From Armatimonadota bacterium (GTDB lineage Bacteria > Armatimonadota > Armatimonadia > Armatimonadales > Capsulimonadaceae), in contig JAFAZD010000348.1 of assembly GCA_019239955.1 (NCBI GenBank), positions 21,176 through 85,175 on the forward strand: a stretch of DNA of 64,000 nucleotides, written 5' to 3'. Each line of letters begins with the position of its first letter. Position 1 is the stretch's first letter. Below, piece by piece: positions 34,753 through 43,542 of this stretch. The notes below the pieces were generated by a model. That model saw nothing but the letters and a program-made list of their open reading frames with translations, was not told where the DNA came from and ran no database searches. Position numbers and translations under genes: made by a program.

Positions 34753-37700
34753 TTATTTAAACCTATCACTCATTTGCGCGCAAGTAGCAACAATAGCTCC
34801 GATACCGCCGAGGATCCCTCTCAGACAAGCAGTGTTACAAGCTGATTGCGCGAGAATGCCCTTTATACAACTCCAAGCACAAGGAACAAAGGTTGTTTCC
34901 TCGTCGATTGCACTTGCAGCCGCACATAAAGGTATAAACCCTAAAACTTGGATTTTACAGAGTATAGGCAGGGCAATCCAGCAGCCTGCAGCGGCATTCT
35001 TAAGATAAGATCTTAGACATTTCTCGAAACCATCTAAGGAGAATAAACCGCTAGGATCAACATAGGACGCAGGATTGTTGCTTACGTATCGATATAAGTT
35101 GGCCTCTGTTAAGAAGTCTACAACTGGATCTCTGCTGATCCATCTTCCCCTGTTCGTGTCTAGATGCCTGGCGCGGACGTAGACGCGGTTGGCCCCGTCA
35201 CGCCGGTAACCGACGTGTCCACCGAACAGGTACGGGATCGTGGCGCTCCCGATGTTCTTCTCCTCGCCGAAGGCTGTGTAGACGTAGCTGTCCGTCACAC
35301 CGCCGCCGATTGCAGTCAAGATACGGGTATTAAGCGACGGGTCAAATCCGGGGAACTGACTCACCCCGCCCTGACGTACCGAAACAAGGTTACCCCAGTC
35401 GCTGGGAAAGCCGGTGTTTTGCAACCGCGTAACTCCGCTCCCGTTCGTCTCTAGCAGAAGATTCAACCCGTCCCATACGAACTGCGTTGTCCCCGTCGAA
35501 GCCGCCAAGCTCCGCCGCAGCCCATCCGCCGAATAGGCATACGTCTCCACCTGGCCGCTGGGCAGCGCCAGGCCCGTCAGCCGGTTCTCCGCGTCCCAGG
35601 CGTAGCTCGTCAGCGACCCGCCCGCGTTGACCAAGAGTCGGTTGCCGTTGGCGTCGTAGCTGTGGGTCGTGACCGTCGTCCCCATCCGCTCCATCAGCAG
35701 CTCGTTGGCCGGCCCGAATGTCGAAACTGTCACCACGCCCGCGTCGGTCGTGCCCGTCCGGTTGCCCAGCGGGTCGTAGGCGTAAGTCACGGAGAAGGGC
35801 GTCGTGCCGCCGCGCTGCTCGCTCACCAGCTGGTAGGCCGCGTCGTAGCCGTAGGTGGTCACGCTCCCGTCCAGCTCCGCCAGCGTCAGCCGGTTGCCGG
35901 CGGTGTCGTAGGTGGACGTGTAGACCGCGCGCCCCGCCCCGGACGCCGTGACGTTCGCCAGGAGCACCTCACGGCCGGCCGGGTCGTACACGTGGCTGAC
36001 CGTCACGCCATTGCCCAGCGTCTTGACCAGCTCCCGGTCTAGCGCGTCATAAGAGATGGTCGTGGCCTCGCCGAAGGGGTTAGCGATCCGGGCCAGCCGG
36101 TTCTGGGAGTCGTAGGCGTAGGTCGTCGTGCCGCCGTCCGGATCGAGCAGGGTCGTGCGGTTGCCAGCGGCGTCGTAGGCGTAGGTCAGCGCCTTGCCGG
36201 TCGGGTAGAGGACCGAGGCCGGCCGGCCGTCACGGTCGTAACTGTACGACGTCACGCCGGTGGAGTCCTGCATGGTCGCCTGCTGGCCGGCCGGGTCGAA
36301 GGTGTAGGTGACACGGGTGCCGTCTCGGTAGAGCCGGCCCGCCTCGCGGTTGAGGGCGTCGAAGGTGTAGGTGGTCGGCCAGTTCCGGGCATCCACGCGC
36401 AGGACACGGTTGACCGCACCATCATAGGAGTAGGAGATGAACACCCCCAGTGGATCTTGGCTGGATAATAGGCTACTTCGGTGATCGTACGTGTTGGTTG
36501 TGCGGTTGCCCAGGGCATCAACCACTGCCAACATGCGCCCGGCCAGGTCATAGACCACTGTAGTCGTATACCCGAGCGGGCCCACGCTCGCCACCGGGCG
36601 CGTCAGTAAGTCATACAGCGTTGTCGTAGTGTGCCCCAGCACGTCGACCGAGGCGACGGCAAGCCCAGAGAGGTCGTAGACCGTGGTGGTGGCGTGCCCG
36701 AGCGGGTCCACGCTTGCCACCGGCCGGGAGGCGACATCGTAGACCCTGGTGGTGGTGTGCCCCAGCGCATCAACCGTGGCGACCTGGCGGCCTGCGGCGT
36801 CGTAGGCGGTGGTGCTCACGTTCCCCAGCGGGTCCGTCACGCTCACCATCCGCCCCAGCGGGTCATATGCACGGGTCGTCACGTGCCCGAGCGGGTCCGT
36901 CACGCTCACCGGCTTGTCCCAGACGCCGTAGGTGGCCGTCGTCCGGTTCCCCAGCGCGTCGATGAGGATCGTCCGATTCCCGTTGCTGTCGTAGCCGCTG
37001 GTGGTGGTGTGCCCCAGCGGGTCCGCCACCGAGACCACCCGGTTCTGCGCGTCGTAGATCCAGCTAGTGCGGTTCCCCAGCGGGTCCACCGCGGCGATGA
37101 CGTTGCCCCCCAGGTCATAGACGCTCGTCCACACGTGCCCCAGCGGGTCCGTGACCCCCGTCCGGTTCCCGAACCCGTCGTACCCGTACGTGGTGGTGTT
37201 GCCCAGCGGGTCCGTCGTCGAGGTGCGCAGGCCCCGCGCGTTGTAGGCGTAGCTGGTCGCGTTCCCCAGCGGATCCACCGATGCCTGCAGCCGCCGCAGC
37301 GCCCCCGTCGTGTCGTAGGGACTGCCCGCGTACCCGTAGACGTAGCTGGTCGTGCCCCCGTCCGCCGCCACCACCGCCACCGTGTTGTTGTAGGCGTCGT
37401 GGACGTACGTGGTGGTCCGCCCCAGCGGGTCGATCGTGGCCGTCGGGTTGAAGGAGCCGTCGTAGTTGGTCGTGGTGACCGCCCCCAGCGGGTCCTGCTG
37501 CGAGACCAGCCGCCCGTCGGTGCGCACGAAGGTGCTCACGTTGCCCAGCGGGTCCTGCGTCCCCAGCAGCGTGGCGGCGATCCCCAGCGCGTGGGTGGTC
37601 ACGTGCCCCAGCGCGTCCGTGACGCTCATCGTGCCCGTCCCGTAGGCGTAGGTCGTCGTCCCCACCCCCGCCACCGTCCGCGCCGCCACCCGGTTGCTCC

Positions 37701-38616
37701 CGTCGTAGGCGTAGCTGGTCCCGTAGCCGTTGGGGTCCACGATCCCCGTCAAGAGCGGCAGGTTGTTGTACTGGTACTGCGTGATGCAGCCCGACGGCCC
37801 CTGCACCTGCGCCAGCAGCGGCTTGCCCGGCACCTGGGACGTGTTGTACGTGAAGGTCGTGTACCGCCCCGCCCAGTCCTCGACGGCCTGCAGCAGGCCC
37901 CCGCTGTAGCTGAAGGTCACCAGCCGCCCCGAGGCGTCCTGGAGCGTGCTCAGCAGGCCCGAGCTGTAATTGAAGGTGTGGGTGTTGCCGCCCGGCTCCT
38001 GCACGTAGGCCACCGAGGTGACCTGCCCAGTGGTGTCGAGCGGGTAGGCGGTGGTCACCCCGTCGGGGGTGGTCTCCTTCCAGTAGGCGTGGGTGGTGTC
38101 CTGGATCAGAGTGTTCAGAAGCCCCACCGTCTGGGGGGCGAAGCCGGCGCCGGTGTTCAGGTAGCTGACGACGCCGCCGTTGCCGCGGGTGAGGGTGACG
38201 ACGGCGCCGGAGGCGGGGGAGGAGGCCTGGGCGAGCAGGTTGGTGGAGAGGGTGCGGCCGTAGCCGAAGGGGCCGTTGTAGGTGGTGTTGGCGTTGTAGA
38301 AGTAGGCGACGTCGACGTCGAGGCCGACGGAGGGCAGGTGGATCTCGGGGTCCACGAGGAGGGAGCCGTCGGGCCGGGGGTGCGGGCGGTAGGCCTCCTC
38401 GTTGGGGCGGGCCTCCCGGTTAGAGCGGACCTCCTGATTGGAGAGGCCGGGGCGGCTACCCCCGCTCCCGCCGGGGGAGGCGCCCGCGCTCCCGCCGAAC
38501 CCGCCCGCCAGGCAGGCAGCGCGCAGGACGCCCAAGCCGTCGCCACGTCCGGTCCCCTCGGATTCCGGGGGCGTCATCCCGTCCGTCATCGTCACCCTCC
38601 CGTCCGCCATCGTCAC
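34753..38616 (-). CDS. Rhs/YD-repeat polymorphic toxin with a 96-aa Cys-rich hydrophobic C-terminal domain.
   Basis: Dozens of YD-type repeats (DPLGNxTxYxYD). Conserved tip YRRDGANRVYVRARHLDTNRGRWISRDP...YVDPSGL. The last ~0.4-0.7 kb is markedly lower in G+C. Confidence 0.9.
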   Translation of the reverse strand: MTMADGRVTMTDGMTPPESEGTGRGDGLGVLRAACLAGGFGGSAGASPGGSGGSRPGLSNQEVRSNREARPNEEAYRPHPRPDGSLLVDPEIHLPSVGLDVDVAYFYNANTTYNGPFGYGRTLSTNLLAQASSPASGAVVTLTRGNGGVVSYLNTGAGFAPQTVGLLNTLIQDTTHAYWKETTPDGVTTAYPLDTTGQVTSVAYVQEPGGNTHTFNYSSGLLSTLQDASGRLVTFSYSGGLLQAVEDWAGRYTTFTYNTSQVPGKPLLAQVQGPSGCITQYQYNNLPLLTGIVDPNGYGTSYAYDGSNRVAARTVAGVGTTTYAYGTGTMSVTDALGHVTTHALGIAATLLGTQDPLGNVSTFVRTDGRLVSQQDPLGAVTTTNYDGSFNPTATIDPLGRTTTYVHDAYNNTVAVVAADGGTTSYVYGYAGSPYDTTGALRRLQASVDPLGNATSYAYNARGLRTSTTDPLGNTTTYGYDGFGNRTGVTDPLGHVWTSVYDLGGNVIAAVDPLGNRTSWIYDAQNRVVSVADPLGHTTTSGYDSNGNRTILIDALGNRTTATYGVWDKPVSVTDPLGHVTTRAYDPLGRMVSVTDPLGNVSTTAYDAAGRQVATVDALGHTTTRVYDVASRPVASVDPLGHATTTVYDLSGLAVASVDVLGHTTTTLYDLLTRPVASVGPLGYTTTVVYDLAGRMLAVVDALGNRTTNTYDHRSSLLSSQDPLGVFISYSYDGAVNRVLRVDARNWPTTYTFDALNREAGRLYRDGTRVTYTFDPAGQQATMQDSTGVTSYSYDRDGRPASVLYPTGKALTYAYDAAGNRTTLLDPDGGTTTYAYDSQNRLARIANPFGEATTISYDALDRELVKTLGNGVTVSHVYDPAGREVLLANVTASGAGRAVYTSTYDTAGNRLTLAELDGSVTTYGYDAAYQLVSEQRGGTTPFSVTYAYDPLGNRTGTTDAGVVTVSTFGPANELLMERMGTTVTTHSYDANGNRLLVNAGGSLTSYAWDAENRLTGLALPSGQVETYAYSADGLRRSLAASTGTTQFVWDGLNLLLETNGSGVTRLQNTGFPSDWGNLVSVRQGGVSQFPGFDPSLNTRILTAIGGGVTDSYVYTAFGEEKNIGSATIPYLFGGHVGYRRDGANRVYVRARHLDTNRGRWISRDPVVDFLTEANLYRYVSNNPASYVDPSGLFSLDGFEKCLRSYLKNAAAGCWIALPILCKIQVLGFIPLCAAASAIDEETTFVPCAWSCIKGILAQSACNTACLRGILGGIGAIVATCAQMSDRFK

Positions 38617-38969
38617 CCCTACCTTCCCGCCGGTGCGGCGGCGTCTGACACCGCCGCATTCTGGAACATGAGCTACTGTTCCGCGTTAACTGTTCCGCAT
38701 TAGCCGTAGTTCGTTGTCTGGGTTAGTTGTGTCTGGGTTAGTTGTCTGTGCAGACCGTCCTGTGTTACTTGTGTCGCTGTTATACTAACGGCGTGTCAAA
38801 ACTTCACATTGCGGTCTCTCATTGTGAGGCTGCAACATGAACTTCTCATGCGCCGACAGTATACTTGTGCCGCTTGAGGCCCAGCGGAATGAACCGGAGG
38901 CCTTGAAGCCATAGACCGGCGGGGTCGACTGGCGGCAAGGGATGCACCGGCGGCCCCCCGGCGCGTCGC

Positions 38970-39314
38970 CTAATAACGCGCGATGGGCGGCGGCCCGGGG
39001 GTGCCGAGGCCGCCGGAGCCGAAGGGGTCACCAGGGCCGAAGCCCGGCGGACCGCCAAAGCCAAAGCTCGGCGGACTGCCAGGGCCGAAGGGACCACTGC
39101 CGCCGTGGCCGCACACCGGACATGTCGTCGGCGCGCCCGGCGGGGCGGCGGGGGCGGCGTAAGGACCGTAGGGGCTGAGGAAGGGGCCGCCGGTCGGGCT
39201 CGGGTAGGGGCTGCCGTAGGCAGCGGCGGCGACCGCGCTCCCGCCGCCGCAGTTGACGCAGACGGGCGCCGCCGTCACGTTCCCGCCTGGATCAGCGCCA
39301 GGGCCAACGCTCAT
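38970..39314 (-). CDS. Gly/Pro-rich 114-aa protein with two CxxC motifs.
   Basis: AGGAGGA Shine-Dalgarno 7 nt before ATG 39314. CVNCGGG and CPVCGHGG. Otherwise low complexity, so the call rests mainly on the SD and its operon position. Confidence 0.45.
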   Translation of the reverse strand: MSVGPGADPGGNVTAAPVCVNCGGGSAVAAAAYGSPYPSPTGGPFLSPYGPYAAPAAPPGAPTTCPVCGHGGSGPFGPGSPPSFGFGGPPGFGPGDPFGSGGLGTPGPPPIARY

Positions 39315-39364
39315 GGACATCCTCCTAATCTTCCTAAATCTTCTACGTAAACCTTCTTCCCGTA

Positions 39365-39847
39365 CTAAACCGTCACCGAGCCTCCCGAGGGACCGGCGGC
39401 GTCCGCCGCGACAGCCTCCGCCGGGACCATCCCCGCGGGAAGTGTCTCAGCCGGGAGCGTCTGCGCCTGGGCCAGCGCCTCCCGCAGCGCCTTCACGGCC
39501 AGCACCGGGCAGTGCTCCCGCCCCAGCGGCATCTTCCCGATCGAGGACTCGATCAGCGCCCCGTCCAGCGCCGCCGCCCCCGCCAGCGTCTTGCCCGTCA
39601 CCCACCCCGCCACGAACTCCCCGCACGCCGCCGCCGCCGGGCACGGGTAGGTCTGGAACCGGGCGTCCACGACGCGCCCCCCGCGGACCTCCAGGGCCAG
39701 CAGCATGAAGGGACCCTGCCCCGCCGTCCCCTCCCGGCCCACCAGGTACGTCCTGCCCGGGCCCATTGCGTCCGTCTTGCCAGGCGGTGAGCCGCCGTCC
39801 GCCATCGCGGCCTTCCCGCCGATGTCACCACCCGCGTCCGATGTCAT
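39365..39847 (-). CDS. NifU/IscU-like scaffold-domain protein, degenerate (first cluster Cys absent).
   Basis: RFQTYPCPAAAACGEFVAGWVTGKTLAGAA...LPLGREHCPVLAVKALREAL matches the IscU C-terminal two-thirds. The N-terminal start is uncertain. Confidence 0.6.
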   Translation of the reverse strand: MTSDAGGDIGGKAAMADGGSPPGKTDAMGPGRTYLVGREGTAGQGPFMLLALEVRGGRVVDARFQTYPCPAAAACGEFVAGWVTGKTLAGAAALDGALIESSIGKMPLGREHCPVLAVKALREALAQAQTLPAETLPAGMVPAEAVAADAAGPSGGSVTV

Positions 39848-39978
39848 CTGTCATCAGGCCTCCGAGGCCACCGCCCGCCGATGTCACCGTCGCCACGGGC
39901 GGCGGAGCCGGGACCGCGATAGCGGGCATCCCTACGCCCGCCCCGGCGTAATTTCCAGTACGATTATTTCTGAGACAA

Positions 39979-40007
39979 TGATAACAGCAAAGCGCGATTG
40001 AGTCAAG
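39979..40007 (-). promoter_or_regulatory. Promoter for the NifU-like / Gly-Pro-rich (/Rhs) transcription unit.
   Basis: Minus strand TTGACT (40007-40002), 17-nt spacer, TATCAT (39984-39979), in an AT-rich patch. Confidence 0.4.
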
Positions 40008-41043
40008 GGATTTACCAAAAGTTTTTCAATTATTTTTTCACAGGCAATGGATCATCCCGGTGCGCCTTCAGCGCGACCGACAGCGGCAGGGCCCGGCTGG
40101 GCACGTGCTACGACCGGGAAGCAACCCCCTGTCCGCGGTCAAACCGGCGAGTGCCGCCGTATGCCCGCCCCGCCGCCTGCACAGGGAAGAGGACGATGCG
40201 GCCCGTGATGCCCAGGAAGCGGACGATGCCGATGCTTCGGGCCTCGTCATTGTCAAAGCCGGGGGCGGGATGCCGCCGGGGCCCATGCCTGCCCGACGGA
40301 TCCCGCTCGGTTCACACCCTCTTTGCCACCATCCCGGGCCGTCATTCGGTCTCCCGCACGGCTTTGAAGAAGAGTAGGATGTTTATTTGCCTGACTGCCG
40401 TGACTGAGTGTCGGCCTCTTCAATGGCCCGCCGATAAAGCCCATGTTCACGAACGGCGTCGCCTCGCTTGGAACGGCGTCGCCTCGCTTGAACAGCAGCA
40501 GCCCTTCCGTCGCGACTAGGGTTGTCCCGGCCAAGGCCGTCTCGGTGTTGTCGCCGGAGCCGCCGACGTCAGTGTGACGGAAGATCGCTTCCACCTCATC
40601 CAGTCGTCCTCCTCATCCAGTCGTCCTCAGGTATGCGAGCGCCACCGTCAGGCCATTCATCCGCCCCCGGTCATCCGCCCCCGGATCATCGGGGCTCGCC
40701 TTGGCACTGATCTTGCCATCCACCCGCTCGCCTCGAAATCCTGGAGCGGCACCGCGGCCGGGCATGATCCCGACGTAGCCGGCTCGAGAACGGCCCATCG
40801 AACGGTCAGAGCCAGCTCTTGCAGTGGCACGAGGCCTCCTGCCAGGCGGCCTTACCGCAGGATCACCAGGCATGTGCCTCGAACGAGCGCGGGACTCGCA
40901 AGCTGTCTGGGGCGAGGTCGAACTCATCGAACTCCGGGAGACGCCGCGACGCTCCAGTCGGCCCGCGCCACGGCGTTGTCGGTGGACTGTTCGAGGCGGC
41001 GCCGGAACAGGTGCGGGCGGGGAGAGCACCCCCCGACTTCGGG

Positions 41044-42282
41044 TTAAGAGTCGCCAGGCGCTCGCCAGCTTAGCGGTCCTGGTTGAACGTCAGGCTGGCT
41101 TTGATCAAGGCTGGCTTTGATCAGTCGCCGCACCTCCTGGGGGTCGTCCTCGGCCTTCTCGGCCAGCGTCGGCACGAACACCTGGTGGGCCTCCAGCAGC
41201 GTCACCAGGATGCGGGCGTAGTAGGCGCCCGGCCTCTCCACGACGCCCTTCTTCCCCTCCTTGGCCAGGCGCTGGCGGGTGAGGTGGAGCGCCTGCCCCG
41301 GCAGGTCGCGCAGGCCGTGCTGCTCGCAGACCGAGAGCAGCTGGCGGTGGCGGCGCTCGCTGCCCAGGTCGTGCAGCTCGGCGGCCAGGGCGGCGGCCTG
41401 CCTGTCCAGGACCTCGGCTTTCAGGTTGCGCGGCCTCGGCTTCCGGGAGGCGGACTGCCCCGGCCCGGTGCTCCCCGTTTCGTTCGGGGGTTCCTCGAAA
41501 GGAGTGAAAAGATTGGGCTTCCCAACGTTCAACGTTAGTTCGTTAGGATTCTCTTCCGAGTATCCTCCAGACTCTGTCGGGTCAATTTGACCCGACGCTG
41601 GGGTCAAATTGACCCCCATAGGGGGCCGGCGTCGGGTCAATTTGACCCCAGCCTCACTCTGAGCCAGCGCCGGGTCAATTTGACCCGGCGCAAGTTCGGC
41701 CTCCCGTTCGGGTCGCACTGCGGCGGGCGCAACCTGTTTTGCCCGCCGCTTGGCGGCCGTCACGGCGTCCTCGCCGCCCGGCTGACCGGCCCCCTTTTCG
41801 GCGCGGGCCTCCGCCTCTCGGACGTAGGCGGCGACGCGCGGCCAGTCCTCCTCATGCACGGGGTCGTCCATGGCGATCCGGTAGGAGTTGGAGTCGCGGC
41901 GCACCCCGCCCCGTCCGCCGCCGAGCCGGTACTCCTGCTGCGGCTCGACGAAGCGCCGCAGCGCGGCGTTGTGCGCCAGCTCCCGCTTGACGGTCGCCTC
42001 GGAGACGCCGACGGCGCCGGCGATCTCCGCCCGGCTGACCTGCCAGTGGTTGCGGCACTCGCCGGTGCGCCGGTCGTGGTAGCAGTGGGCGCGCAGGTAG
42101 AGCAGGATCTGCAGCCCCGTCCCGCCCAGCAGGCGGGACCAGCGCTCGACCAGGTACCGCGAGCAGAAGACGAGCCGGTTCGGCTCCGTGACGGCGTTGA
42201 CCGCCGAGTGGTAGAACGGGGACAGCGTGATCACACTCCGGCTGTCCATGGGCGCTCCTCCTGGGGGCGTCGCCCCCGTCAT
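41044..42282 (-). CDS. Replication-initiator-like winged-helix protein carrying internal iterons.
   Basis: HTH region VSRAEIAGAVGVSEATVKRELAHNAAL. GAGGAAA Shine-Dalgarno before ATG 42282; an alternative ATG at 42249 has AGGAGGAG. Iterons lie in the linker-coding region. Confidence 0.65.
   Translation of the reverse strand: MTGATPPGGAPMDSRSVITLSPFYHSAVNAVTEPNRLVFCSRYLVERWSRLLGGTGLQILLYLRAHCYHDRRTGECRNHWQVSRAEIAGAVGVSEATVKRELAHNAALRRFVEPQQEYRLGGGRGGVRRDSNSYRIAMDDPVHEEDWPRVAAYVREAEARAEKGAGQPGGEDAVTAAKRRAKQVAPAAVRPEREAELAPGQIDPALAQSEAGVKLTRRRPPMGVNLTPASGQIDPTESGGYSEENPNELTLNVGKPNLFTPFEEPPNETGSTGPGQSASRKPRPRNLKAEVLDRQAAALAAELHDLGSERRHRQLLSVCEQHGLRDLPGQALHLTRQRLAKEGKKGVVERPGAYYARILVTLLEAHQVFVPTLAEKAEDDPQEVRRLIKASLDQSQPDVQPGPLSWRAPGDS
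41579..41686. repeat. Four dyad-symmetric 15-bp iterons (candidate replication origin).
   Basis: GGGTCAATTTGACCC at 41579-41593, 41634-41648 and 41672-41686. GGGTCAAATTGACCC at 41601-41615. Confidence 0.75.
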
Positions 42283-42347
42283 CGTCGTTTCCTCGCGTCG
42301 CCGTCCGCCGCACCCCCCGCGGGGGTACGGCCTCATACCGATGTCCC

Positions 42348-42373
42348 GAAACTGTCAATTTGAATTGACAGTT
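42348..42373. promoter_or_regulatory. Perfect 26-bp palindrome upstream of the Rep-like gene (operator or centromere-like site).
   Basis: AAACTGTCAATT-TG-AATTGACAGTTT. Confidence 0.5.
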
Positions 42374-42468
42374 TCCGCCGCCCGCCGACCCGAATGGAGG
42401 TCATCCCCCCTGAGCAAGGTGTCGCGGGCTGCCCCTGCGTGGTGCCGCGACGGCGCGGCGGGCGACGG

Positions 42469-43542
42469 TCATGTCCCGTCGCCCGCCACCGGGTGTGCCG
42501 CCAGCGAAGTCCGGCGGCGCTCCCCGGCCGTCCCGCCGCCGTCCGCAGGGACGCCGGGAGGCTCCTCTAACAGGGTGCCGGGAGGCTCCTCGCCCAGCGC
42601 CTCCCGGAGCAGGGAGCGCTCCTCCGGCGTCAGCCGGCCGCCGGCCGCCGCCTCCAGCGTCCGGCGGACGAACGGCTTCAGGGCGGTCCCGTCCGCGCCC
42701 GCCGCGCCGGCCGGCGCGTCACTGGCCGCTCCGCCCGCGCCGGCCGGCGCGGCGGGCTGCCCCTGGCCGGTGCGCTCCTGGATCAGGCCGCGCAGGCGCG
42801 CGACGGTCAGCGCGCAGCCGCCCACGCGCCGCCCCTCCGGGCGGGCCGCCTGGCGGGCGAGGGCGACGAGGTCGTCCTCCGCGAGGCTGTCCTGGGCCCG
42901 CTGGAGGAGGATGCCGTGGCTGCCGCTCAGGCGCCCGGCCTCGATCAGGGCGGCGACGGGGCCGGGCAGGGAGGCCAGGTTGAACAGGTCGTGGATGCGG
43001 GCGCGTCCGAGGCCGACCTCGGCGCCGACGTCGTCCCAGGTGACCTTGTGGTTCTGGGCCTTGCGGATCTCGTACAGACGCCGCAGGGCGCGGCCCTTCT
43101 CGATGTCCGTCAGGCCCGCGCGCAGGATGTTCTCGGCGAGCTGCGCCGCCTGGACGTCCTCGTCGGCCAGGTCGCGCACGCGGGCGGGGATGCGGACCCG
43201 GCCGGCCATCCGGGCGGCCCGCCAGCGCCGCTCGCCGGCCACCAGGCGGTAGGGCCCGCCGGGGGCGGCGGGGGGCCGCACCAGGACCGGCTGGAGGACG
43301 CCCCGGCGGGCGATGTCGTCCGCGAGGGCGCGCAGCTCGGCCTCGTCGAAGTGGCGGCGCGGCTGCCCGGGGTCGGGCGCGATCTCGTCCAGGAGCAGGT
43401 CGCGCGCGTCGGTGGCGACCCCGGCGTGGGCGCGGTCGCCCTCCTCGAGCAGGCCGGCGGCGGCGGCCACCGTGTCCGCGAGGCCGGCGCGGAGCCGGTT
43501 CCGGGACGAGGGCGACTCAGTTGCCGGTGATCTCGACGACAC
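42469..43542 (-). CDS. parB: ParB-family partition protein.
   Basis: VLQPVLVRP...YRLVAGERRWRAARMAG, AQLAENILRAGLTDIEKGRAL. Lies downstream of parA. The GTG start overlaps the parA end and is uncertain. Confidence 0.85.
   Translation of the reverse strand: MSSRSPATESPSSRNRLRAGLADTVAAAAGLLEEGDRAHAGVATDARDLLLDEIAPDPGQPRRHFDEAELRALADDIARRGVLQPVLVRPPAAPGGPYRLVAGERRWRAARMAGRVRIPARVRDLADEDVQAAQLAENILRAGLTDIEKGRALRRLYEIRKAQNHKVTWDDVGAEVGLGRARIHDLFNLASLPGPVAALIEAGRLSGSHGILLQRAQDSLAEDDLVALARQAARPEGRRVGGCALTVARLRGLIQERTGQGQPAAPAGAGGAASDAPAGAAGADGTALKPFVRRTLEAAAGGRLTPEERSLLREALGEEPPGTLLEEPPGVPADGGGTAGERRRTSLAAHPVAGDGT

Noticed and set aside
36631-38703. 690-aa plus-strand ORF.
   Set aside because: It lies antisense to the Rhs YD-repeat gene. 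Its repetitive PQRV/HRGD pattern is simply the reverse complement of the YD repeats.
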